Shown piece after piece: positions 44,424 through 53,686 of a stretch of DNA of 64,000 nt (the first letter of the stretch is position 1; the number at the start of each line of letters is the position of its first letter). The notes under the pieces are model-generated. The model was not told where the DNA came from, did not search any database, and saw only the letters and a program-made list of their open reading frames with translations. Made by a program: the position numbers and the translations under genes. This DNA comes from an uncultured Clostridia bacterium (GTDB lineage Bacteria; Bacillota; Clostridia; TANB77; CAG-508): positions 3,041-67,040 of the forward strand of contig CALXJU010000002.1 in NCBI GenBank assembly GCA_944388705.1, in the 5' to 3' direction.

Positions 44424-47036
44424 TTATTTCATTTTATCTTTTATTTTTACTAAAGTATTTAATGCATCTATTGGAGTTAATTCATTTAAATTAATTTTAT
44501 CAATTTCATTTGCAATTTCTGCAAGTTTAAAGTTAAACATATCAACTTGTCCTTCAACAACTTTTTTATTTTCTTGCTTTTTGCCACTTATCATGCTTTT
44601 TCTTTCTAAGCTTCTTAATATTTCATTAGCTCTTTTGGTTACAGTTTTAGGTACTCCTGCAAGTCTTGCAACATGAATTCCATAGCTTTCATCTGTTCCA
44701 CCTTCTACAATTTTTCTTAAAAAGATTATATCTTCTCCTTTTTCTTTTACTGCAATTGAATAATTCTTTACTCCTTCAATTTTGTCTGCAAGTTCTATTA
44801 ATTCATGGTAGTGTGTTGCAAATAATGTTTTAGCTCCGCATTTTTCTTTATCAGCTATGTATTCTGCAACTGCCCAAGCTATAGAAAGACCATCATATGT
44901 TGAAGTTCCTCTTCCAATTTCATCTAATATTACCAGACTGTCTTGAGTAGCTTCTCTTAATATTGTTGCAACTTCCATCATTTCTACCATAAATGTACTT
45001 TGTCCCATACTTAAATCATCTGATGCTCCAACTCTTGTAAATATTTTGTCTACCACTCCGATTTTGGCTTGTTGTGCTGGTACAAAGCTTCCTACTTGTG
45101 CCATTAATGTTATTAATGCCACTTGCCTCATATAAGTTGATTTTCCCGCCATATTGGGCCCAGTTATTATTGATAATCTGCTTTCATTTTTATCTAAATA
45201 TGTATCATTTGGAACAAAATTTCCAATTCCCATCATTTTTTCTATTACTGGATGTCTTCCATCTTTGATGTCTATTATCCCATCATTATTTATTTCTGGC
45301 ATGCAATAATTTAAATCTTCTGCAACTTGAGCAAATGATGATAATACATCAAGTGTTGATACTACATTTGCTGTTTTTTGAAGTCTTTTTATGTTTTTTG
45401 CAATTTCTTCTCTTATTTTTACAAATTCATTATATTCTAAATTTACTACTTTTTCTTCAGCTCCAAGTATCTGATTTTCCAAATTTTTTAGTTCTTCTGT
45501 TATATATCTTTCTCCATTTGTTAATGTTTGTTTTCTTATAAATCTATCTGGTACTTGTGGTATAAATGATTTTGATACTTCTATGTAATACCCAAATACT
45601 TTGTTATATCCTATTTTTAATGTTTTTATTCCTGTTTTTTCTTTTTCTTCTGCCTCTAGTTTGATAATCCAATTTTTTCCCTGTGTTGTAGCTGTTTTTA
45701 GTTTATCAATTTCTTCGTCATATCCTAGTTTAATGATTCCTCCATCTTTTATTCCCATTGGTGGGTCATCAACTATTGATTTTTCTATTAATTCATATAT
45801 ATCTTGTAATTCATCTATATTTTCATATAGTTCTTTTAATTTTTTTGAATTACATTGTGACAACACCTGTTTTACAGCTGGTAATTTTTCTAATGAATTT
45901 TTTAAAGTTATCATATCTCTTGCATTTGCATTTCCATAAGCCATTTTTCCTGATAAACGTTCAATATCATATACTTTTTTTAATGTTTCTGTTGTATCTC
46001 CTCTAAGTATCATATTGTCTTTCAATTCTTTTACAGCTTCTAGTCTTTCTTGTATTTCTTTTACATCTAATAATGGGTCATTTAACCATCTTCTAAGTAG
46101 TCTTCCCCCCATAGATGTTGATGTTTTATCTAATACCCAAAGTAATGTTCCTTTTTTTGATTTATCTCTCATTTTTTCTGTTATTTCTAAGTTTCTTCTT
46201 GCATTTATATCTAATGACATATATTTTGATATATTGTATATTGTTATTGTATTTATGTGTTCTAAGCTTGTCATCTGAGTTTCATTTAAATACTCTAATA
46301 AGGCATTTATTGTTCTTACTACTAAGCTTTTTTCTTTTAGATTTTCTACTTCTTTTTTATTTTCTATTATATTATAATCTAATTGTAAATTTCCTATTTC
46401 ATCTGTGAAAAACTTGTCATTAAATTTGCTCATATAAATTTGAAATCTTTCTTTGATTTTATTTAATTGTTCTTCACATTCGAAAAAATTAGAATTTGCA
46501 ATTATTTCTGATGGAGTAAATCTTGCAATTTCATCTAATAATAATTCAAAATTGTTTTCTTCTTTTATTTCACTACTATAAAATTCACCTGTTGATATAT
46601 CACATACACTTAGTCCAAAATATAATCCACTTTTATATATACTCATTATATAATTGTTTTTCTTTTCTTCTAACAAATTTGATTCTACTATTGTTCCAGG
46701 TGTTAATACTCTTATTACTCCTCTTTTTACTATCCCTTTTGTTGTTTTTGGGTCTTCTAGTTGTTCACATATTGCTACTTTATATCCTTTTTCTATTAAT
46801 CTTGCTGCATATGTTTCTGCCGCATGATGTGGCACTCCTGCCATTGGCGCTCTTTCTTCTTGTCCACAATCTTTTCCTGTTAATGTTATTTCTAGTTCTC
46901 TTGATGCTATTATTGCATCATCAAAAAACATTTCATAAAAGTCTCCTAATCTATAAAATAGTATACAGTCTTTGTATTTTTCTTTTGTTTCTAAATATCT
47001 TTGCATCATTGGTGAATATTCTGCTTTTTCTGCCAT
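44424..47036 (-). CDS. mutS: DNA mismatch repair protein MutS
   Basis: 870 aa. The N-terminal mismatch-binding segment is PMMQRYLETKEKYKDCILFYRLGDFYEMF, Walker A is GPNMAGKST, and the gene is colinear with the family throughout. Confidence 0.97.
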   Translation of the reverse strand: MAEKAEYSPMMQRYLETKEKYKDCILFYRLGDFYEMFFDDAIIASRELEITLTGKDCGQEERAPMAGVPHHAAETYAARLIEKGYKVAICEQLEDPKTTKGIVKRGVIRVLTPGTIVESNLLEEKKNNYIMSIYKSGLYFGLSVCDISTGEFYSSEIKEENNFELLLDEIARFTPSEIIANSNFFECEEQLNKIKERFQIYMSKFNDKFFTDEIGNLQLDYNIIENKKEVENLKEKSLVVRTINALLEYLNETQMTSLEHINTITIYNISKYMSLDINARRNLEITEKMRDKSKKGTLLWVLDKTSTSMGGRLLRRWLNDPLLDVKEIQERLEAVKELKDNMILRGDTTETLKKVYDIERLSGKMAYGNANARDMITLKNSLEKLPAVKQVLSQCNSKKLKELYENIDELQDIYELIEKSIVDDPPMGIKDGGIIKLGYDEEIDKLKTATTQGKNWIIKLEAEEKEKTGIKTLKIGYNKVFGYYIEVSKSFIPQVPDRFIRKQTLTNGERYITEELKNLENQILGAEEKVVNLEYNEFVKIREEIAKNIKRLQKTANVVSTLDVLSSFAQVAEDLNYCMPEINNDGIIDIKDGRHPVIEKMMGIGNFVPNDTYLDKNESRLSIITGPNMAGKSTYMRQVALITLMAQVGSFVPAQQAKIGVVDKIFTRVGASDDLSMGQSTFMVEMMEVATILREATQDSLVILDEIGRGTSTYDGLSIAWAVAEYIADKEKCGAKTLFATHYHELIELADKIEGVKNYSIAVKEKGEDIIFLRKIVEGGTDESYGIHVARLAGVPKTVTKRANEILRSLERKSMISGKKQENKKVVEGQVDMFNFKLAEIANEIDKINLNELTPIDALNTLVKIKDKMK

Positions 47037-47039
47037 ATT

Positions 47040-48452
47040 TTACTTCCTTTCTCCTTTTAAATACCACATATGTTCTGAAACTATTTTTAAATCTATTATT
47101 TTGTTTATTAATTCTTGTTCTCCTTCAAAAATAACTACTTTGTTACTGTCTGTTCTTCCAGTCAATAATTTAGGATTATTTTTGCTTGGGCCTTCTACTA
47201 ATACTTTTTGAATTGTGCCTACATATTTCTGATTATTTTCTGCAATTTGACTTTCAACTAATTGTTTTAATCTATCAAATCTTTTATGTTTGATTTCTTC
47301 TGGAATTTGATTTTCCATTTTATCTCCTGGTGTTCCTACTCTTCTTGAATATATAAACATATAAACTTGTTCAAAACATACTTTTCTTACTACATCAAGT
47401 GTATCTTCAAAATCTTCTTCTGTTTCTCCTGCAAATCCCACTATGATATCTGTTGATAATGTTAAATTTGGTATTTTTGCTTTCATTTTTTCTACTAATT
47501 CTAAATATTGTTCTTTTGTATATTTCCTATTCATTGTTTTTAATACTTGTGTACTTCCTGATTGTAAAGGTAAATGTACTAATTTACAAATTTTTTCACA
47601 ACTAGCTATTGCATCAATTACATCATCTGTGAAGTCTTTTGGATGTGGTGATACAAATCTAATTCTTTCTATTCCATCTATTTTATTTATTTCTTTTAAC
47701 AATGTTGCAAATGAATTTATTCCTTTATATTCTTTTCCTTCTTCTTTCCATTTTTCAGCTCTTAGATATGAATTAACATTTTGTCCTAATAATGTTATTT
47801 CTTTGTATCCCTCTTTTGCAAGTTGTTCTACTTCTTCTAATATATCTTTTGGATGTCTACTTCTTTCTCTTCCTCTTACATATGGAACTATGCAATAACT
47901 ACAAAAGTTATTACATCCATACATTATTGTTACTGATGCTTTTATTTCACTTGTTCTTTTTATTGGCAAACCTTCATAAATTTCTCCATCTATATCTATT
48001 ACATCTTGAAGTTTTTTTCTATTTTCTAAGATTTTATAAATATCTTCTGGAAGTTTATGCATTGTATGTGTTCCAAATATGATGTCTGTATATGGGTAGC
48101 TTTCTTGAATTTTATCTGTTATGTGTTTTTCTTGCATCATACATCCACCAATTGCTATAATTGTTCCTCTTTTTTCTTTTACCTTTTTTAACTCTCCTAG
48201 TTTCCCAAATAATTTGTCTTCTGCATTTTCTCTTACACAACATGTGTTAAATATTACTAAATCTGCTTGTGTATAATCTTCTGTAGAGATATACCCCATC
48301 TCTTCTAACATTCCACATATTTTTTCTGAATCATTTTCATTAAGTTGACATCCCATTGTTAATATGTAATATTTTAGTTGTTTTTCTTTGTTTATTTCTC
48401 GCACCTTTTCTATATATTGTTTTTGTTTTACTATTTCTTGTTTTGTTTCCAT
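47040..48452 (-). CDS. miaB: tRNA-2-methylthio-N6-dimethylallyladenosine synthase MiaB
   Basis: The UPF0004 N-terminus reads YYILTMGCQLNENDSE, the radical-SAM motif is CNNFCSYCIVP, and a TRAM C-terminus follows. I chose the start at METKQ (AAGGAG SD); the ORF track starts at 48530. Confidence 0.93.
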   Translation of the reverse strand: METKQEIVKQKQYIEKVREINKEKQLKYYILTMGCQLNENDSEKICGMLEEMGYISTEDYTQADLVIFNTCCVRENAEDKLFGKLGELKKVKEKRGTIIAIGGCMMQEKHITDKIQESYPYTDIIFGTHTMHKLPEDIYKILENRKKLQDVIDIDGEIYEGLPIKRTSEIKASVTIMYGCNNFCSYCIVPYVRGRERSRHPKDILEEVEQLAKEGYKEITLLGQNVNSYLRAEKWKEEGKEYKGINSFATLLKEINKIDGIERIRFVSPHPKDFTDDVIDAIASCEKICKLVHLPLQSGSTQVLKTMNRKYTKEQYLELVEKMKAKIPNLTLSTDIIVGFAGETEEDFEDTLDVVRKVCFEQVYMFIYSRRVGTPGDKMENQIPEEIKHKRFDRLKQLVESQIAENNQKYVGTIQKVLVEGPSKNNPKLLTGRTDSNKVVIFEGEQELINKIIDLKIVSEHMWYLKGERK

Positions 48453-48567
48453 ATTGCTCCTTTTCTCCTTTATCTTGCACATTTTATCATATTTTGTTGA
48501 AAAAATAAAGTGTTTTATTTGTTTTATCAAAAAAGTTCCAGAATAAACTGGAACTTTTTTGATATTA

Positions 48568-49765
48568 TTATTTTAAATAATTTATTGTAGCATTACAAGA
48601 ACTTTTCCAATATTCATTCCATCCTTCTGGTATTTCTCCTTCTTTAAATGGAACATTTATTGTCTGCGTAGACATCCAGTCGAAAAATACTCCATATCCA
48701 ACAGTAGTCACTGATTTTGGAATTGTTATATTGGTTAAGCTGGTACATATTCTAAATGCTCTCTCTCCTATACTTGTTACACTTTCTGGGATTGTTATAT
48801 TTGTTAAACTACTACAACCACCAAATGCCCCATCTCCTATACTTGTTACACTTTCTGGTATTGTAATATTTTCTAATTCTTGACAGCCGTTAAATGCCTC
48901 TTTTCCAATTGTTTTTAATTTATTAGGTAATACAACTGTTTTTAATGTTTTATTCCCGAAAGTATCCTGAATTACCCCCATATATTTCTTCTATAGTATT
49001 AGGATATATTACTGTTTCAACTTCTGGAAATGAATAACAATCAAAACCTCCCATTGCATGTAGATTTACTTCAGTTATTTTATACATTTCCCCATCTAAT
49101 TCTACTTGATATGGAATTATCAATGTATCTGATATTTTTTCTCCTTCATAAATAATTTCGTAATTAGTATTTTCATAAGTTCCATCAGAGCTTGATATTC
49201 CACTACAGTATTCTTGTTTTATTCGTAATATTTTAGCTTTTTTGGATGGCAATTTTCCTATTGTTACAGCTCCTATTTCTGCTTCATCTATTATTTCATA
49301 TTCAAATAAATCTGTTGATGCTATATCTTCTTCATTTACTGCAGCTTCATACATTTCATTTAAGTCTACTTCTTGTTCTAAATCTACGTCTACTTCTCTT
49401 TCTTCTTCTGGAAATATTATTTGAGTTGGAAATTCACTTCCTTCTGCATACACATCATCTCTATTTTCCATCTCATTTACTTCTTCTGCTACCATCTGTG
49501 GTGTTATTCCATTTGTACTTCCCATGTTTTCTCCGATTAAACTATTTACTGCTAAATCCACTAATTCTTGCACTCTTGCTTGTTCCGTCTCATCTTTTGC
49601 TTTACCTGCTTGTGTTACTATTCCATTTTCTCCTGTTAACATTGATATACTTACTCCTGCTAAAATCAATAATACTACTATTGTTACTACTAATGCTATC
49701 AGTGTTATTCCTTGTTCTTTTTTCATTTTTTCCTCCTTCGTTTTTCTAATTAATTGATTTTTCAA
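48568..49765 (-). pseudogene. Frameshifted pilin-like (prepilin-type N-terminal helix) protein with C-terminal BspA-type leucine-rich repeats
   Basis: ORFs 48950-49765 and 48568-48981 overlap in different frames. The N-terminus is KEQGITLIALVVTIVVLLILAGVSI. The C-terminal LRRs are ...ITIPESVTSIGDGAF..., ITIPESVTSIGERAF and ITIPKSVTTVGYGVF. The frames join if one base is removed from the C5/G5 run at 48975-48979 (...EEIYGVIQDTFGNKTL...). Confidence 0.7.
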
Positions 49766-49969
49766 TCTTTTATAAGCATTTTTGTTTCATTAATTTATTT
49801 AATGAACGAAATACTATAAATAAAATATATCAATGTGTTCAAAAGATGTCAAGATGCTTATAAATTTTTTTAATCAGTTAAGTTATATTATATAAAAAAA
49901 TAAATACTTAAAAAATACTATAGTTAAAAGATAATGAAAATCCTTTAGTAAATAAATTAAGGAAATTTT

Positions 49970-52900
49970 TTATATTATTATTTGTTTATCTAAATAAGTT
50001 GAATAAATAAATACTTTATCAACTTTTTTATTTAGAGACTTTTCTAGTGCCATCTTATATAAATCTAATTGTGTTTTATATTTATTAACCAATATTTTTT
50101 CATTCGCATTTTCTACAAAATCAGTTTTATAATCAACCAAAACCACTTCATCTTGAGCATTTATGTAAAATAAATCTATCATACCTTGGACTAAAATATT
50201 TTCATCTAGTTCTTTATCATAAATTTCTTTTGCAGGTATATTAATATAAAATGGCTTTTCTCTTTCAACTAATTTACTATTAATTAATTCACTCCATATA
50301 CTTGATTTGGTAAAATTGTATACTTTTTTTATATTAATTGTTTCTGCTTCTTTTTGAGATATTATTTTTTTTGCTTGTAGTTTTTCAACTAACTCTTTTA
50401 TATCTTCTATTGTATAAGATTTTTTTGTTACATCCAGTTTTTGCATACATAGATGTATTAATGTTCCTTTTTCTGCATTAGTAATTTTTATTTCTTCATC
50501 ATCTTGTAAAAATTTAGGTTTTGGCATTTCTATTCCTGTTTCTTCAAATGTCGTATCTTTTTCTAATTTTAAATTTTTCAACTCTGTTACAGAAGTTTTG
50601 GTTGGAATTATTGTAGAATTTTTATATTTATATTGATATTCTAATAATTCTATTATTTTCTGTTGTTCATTTTTGTCAATTTCGTTATTATCTAATTTTT
50701 GTAAAATCTCATCAGAAGTTTTATTTTCTATTTCTGTATCTTCTTTTTGTTGTTTTAAAATATCGTTTTTATTAAATACTTTAACTATAGCAAGATTTTG
50801 CATTTGCTCTTTATTGTATAAGCAAACTAATCTTATCCAGTCTAAATATGATTTATATTTTTTTAATAAAATATAATTTATTTTATCATCTTCTTTTCCA
50901 TATTTATAGATTATATCAATCATATTTTTTTCTTTTTCTGTATCATTTTTGCTATATCCTGTTATGATTAGTTTTTCTTTTGCTCTTGTTAATGCAACAT
51001 ACAAAACTCTCATTTCTTCTGATAAAGTTTCTAACATTATCTGATTTCTCATTGCTTGTTTTGATAAAGTATCATATTCTATTTGTCTATCATAATCTAT
51101 ATATTTTACGCCTATTCCCATTTCTGGATGTAATAAAATTTTATTGTTTAAGTCTTGCATATTAAATTGTTTTCCCGTTCCTGATAAAAATACAATAGGA
51201 AATTCAAGACCTTTACTTTTATGAATACTCATTATTCTTATTACATCATCATTTTCTCCAATTATTTTGGCTGAATCCATATCTTTACTACTTGTTTTTA
51301 CTTTTTCTATATAATTTATAAAATTGAATAATCCTTTAAAACTTATGCTTTCACATTGTTTTGCTCTTTCAAATAACATTTTTAAATTTGCTTGTCTTAA
51401 TTCTCCATTTGTCATTAGTCCAACATAGTTGTAATAACCAGTATCATTATAGATTTTCCAGATTAATTCATCTAAACTTAAATATTCTTGTTCTTTTCTC
51501 CACATTTCTAGATTATTTAAAAATATATCTATTTTATTTCTTAAGTTTTTGTCTACATCTTTTTTGGCTTTTAATATTGTATTATAAAAATTATCATATT
51601 TATCACTTAATCTTATTTGTACTAATTCATTATCAGTAAATCCTCCGATTATACTTCTCATTACTGCTACTAGTGGAATCTCTTGTAATGGATTATCTAT
51701 TATTTTTAATAAGCTCATTATTGTCTGAATTTCTATACTTTCTAAGTATTCTGATGATGAATCACTAAATACAGGCATTCCTAAATTTAATATTTCTTTT
51801 TCAAATATAGGTGCTGGTTCTTTTGTTGACCTTAATAATATTACTATATCTGAAAATTTTATATTTCTTTTTTCTTGTTTTTTTGCATCATATACTTGAA
51901 ACTGATTTTGTATTAGTTTTTTTATTCTATTTGCTACAAATTTTGCTTCTAGTTCTATATCTTCTATTCTTTCTGTTTCTTCTTCATTTTCATTATCTTG
52001 CGAAATTTCTTGTTGTTGTTCATTTTCATCTATGTTTAATATATCAATTTCTGTTCTTAAATCTTGGTTTGTGTCTTCATAATTTGCACCTAAATTCAAA
52101 TATTCTTCTTGCGTATAATTTAATTCTCCTAAATTTTCACTCATTATGTTTTCAAATATTACATTTGTAAAATCCAAAACTTCTTTTCTACTTCTAAAGT
52201 TTTTGAATAATTGTATTTTTAAATTATCATTCTCATCTTTTTCTTGTTTTAGTTTATATGTCTTATATTTATTTAAAAATAAGTCAGGTCTTGCTTGTCT
52301 AAATTTATAGATACTTTGCTTTACATCTCCTACCATAAATATATTATTACCTCTTGATACAGCATTTAATATATATTCTTGTACTAAATTACTATCTTGA
52401 TATTCATCTATTGCAATTTCTTCAAATTTTTCTTGATATTTTTTTGCAATTTCTGTTGGTTCTTTTGTTTCTTCATCTAATAAAATTTGTAATGTAAAAT
52501 GCTCTATATCCCCAAAATCTACTATATTTTTTTCTTTTTTTCTTTTTGCAAATTTTTCACCAAATTCAAGAATTACTTTTTCTAATTTTTTTAGAATTTC
52601 ATACATATCATTTATGTCTTGGTTTGCTTCTTTTGAATTAAATATTAATATTTTTTCTGTTATTTTTTTGATTGCTCCTTTTACTTCATCTCTCGTCTGT
52701 TTTGCTATATCTTTTGCTTCTTCTGTTATTTTTTTGTTTACTGCCCATGTTTTAAATTTTAAGTTTAATGTTAATTCATATGCTTTATCCCATGAATCCA
52801 AATTTGCTTTTAACATTTCTAATTGTTCTATATCATCATTTATTATCTGAAAATATGTTGTTAATTCTGTATATTTTCCTAAATTATTTCTTTCTTTTTC

Positions 52901-53584
52901 TAGCTTAATTATTCCATCTTGTAATATTTCTTCTACTTGCTTTAATAGTAATTTTCCCCATACTGTTTTTGCAAAATCTTGCTCTAAATTATCTAAATTG
53001 AACATTTCAATTTTTTCATGTAACCATTTTTCCGGAAATGGATTACTTTGTATATATGTATATATTTTTAAAATTAGTTCTTTTAATGGTGTATCATCTT
53101 TATAACTCGTGTATGTATTTATTAGTTTTTCAAAATCTTTATCTTCACTTTCATATTTTTCTTCAAATATCTCTTCTATTATGTCTTGTTTTAATATTTC
53201 TATTTCTGTCGTGTCTCCTATTCTGAAGTTTTGTGATATGTCAAGTTCGAAAAAATTATTCCTTACTACATCTAAACAAAATGAGTCTATTGTACATATA
53301 TTTGATTTGTTTAATAATGTAACTTGTCTTTGTAGTCTTTCATTTTCTGGTTCTTCATCTATTTTTTTATATATTGCATTTAATACTCTTTCTCTCATTT
53401 CTGATGCAGCAGCATTTGTAAATGTTACAACTAGTAATTTATCAATATCTATGTTTTCAGTTATTACTTTATTTATTATTCTTTCTACTAATACAGCTGT
53501 TTTTCCACTTCCTGCAGCTGCTGCAACTAGTATATTACTTCCTTTTTCATATATCGCTTGCTCTTGTTCTTGTGTCCATTTCAT
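49970..53584 (-). CDS. addA: ATP-dependent helicase/nuclease subunit A (AddA)
   Basis: 1204 aa. The UvrD-type N-terminus is WTQEQEQAIYEKGSNILVAAAAGSGKT, and the C-terminal RecB-type nuclease motif is VVLVDYKTD. Confidence 0.93.
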   Translation of the reverse strand: MKWTQEQEQAIYEKGSNILVAAAAGSGKTAVLVERIINKVITENIDIDKLLVVTFTNAAASEMRERVLNAIYKKIDEEPENERLQRQVTLLNKSNICTIDSFCLDVVRNNFFELDISQNFRIGDTTEIEILKQDIIEEIFEEKYESEDKDFEKLINTYTSYKDDTPLKELILKIYTYIQSNPFPEKWLHEKIEMFNLDNLEQDFAKTVWGKLLLKQVEEILQDGIIKLEKERNNLGKYTELTTYFQIINDDIEQLEMLKANLDSWDKAYELTLNLKFKTWAVNKKITEEAKDIAKQTRDEVKGAIKKITEKILIFNSKEANQDINDMYEILKKLEKVILEFGEKFAKRKKEKNIVDFGDIEHFTLQILLDEETKEPTEIAKKYQEKFEEIAIDEYQDSNLVQEYILNAVSRGNNIFMVGDVKQSIYKFRQARPDLFLNKYKTYKLKQEKDENDNLKIQLFKNFRSRKEVLDFTNVIFENIMSENLGELNYTQEEYLNLGANYEDTNQDLRTEIDILNIDENEQQQEISQDNENEEETERIEDIELEAKFVANRIKKLIQNQFQVYDAKKQEKRNIKFSDIVILLRSTKEPAPIFEKEILNLGMPVFSDSSSEYLESIEIQTIMSLLKIIDNPLQEIPLVAVMRSIIGGFTDNELVQIRLSDKYDNFYNTILKAKKDVDKNLRNKIDIFLNNLEMWRKEQEYLSLDELIWKIYNDTGYYNYVGLMTNGELRQANLKMLFERAKQCESISFKGLFNFINYIEKVKTSSKDMDSAKIIGENDDVIRIMSIHKSKGLEFPIVFLSGTGKQFNMQDLNNKILLHPEMGIGVKYIDYDRQIEYDTLSKQAMRNQIMLETLSEEMRVLYVALTRAKEKLIITGYSKNDTEKEKNMIDIIYKYGKEDDKINYILLKKYKSYLDWIRLVCLYNKEQMQNLAIVKVFNKNDILKQQKEDTEIENKTSDEILQKLDNNEIDKNEQQKIIELLEYQYKYKNSTIIPTKTSVTELKNLKLEKDTTFEETGIEMPKPKFLQDDEEIKITNAEKGTLIHLCMQKLDVTKKSYTIEDIKELVEKLQAKKIISQKEAETINIKKVYNFTKSSIWSELINSKLVEREKPFYINIPAKEIYDKELDENILVQGMIDLFYINAQDEVVLVDYKTDFVENANEKILVNKYKTQLDLYKMALEKSLNKKVDKVFIYSTYLDKQIII

Positions 53585-53600
53585 ACTATTTTTCTCCTTC

Positions 53601-53650
53601 TGGGAAATTTGGGGACTGTCCCCTTTTTTCCTTTTGGGAAATTTGGGGAC
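53601..53650. repeat. Two copies of the 16-bp direct repeat TGGGAAATTTGGGGAC, plus a GGGGACTGTCCCC hairpin, in the addA leader
   Basis: The copies are at 53601-53616 and 53635-53650. The palindrome GGGGAC-T-GTCCCC lies at 53611-53623, followed by T6 on the plus strand. This is a G/C-rich patch in an AT-rich intergenic region. Confidence 0.8.
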
Positions 53651-53686
53651 ACATCTATTTTTCCTTTATATCATATATAGGCTTTT

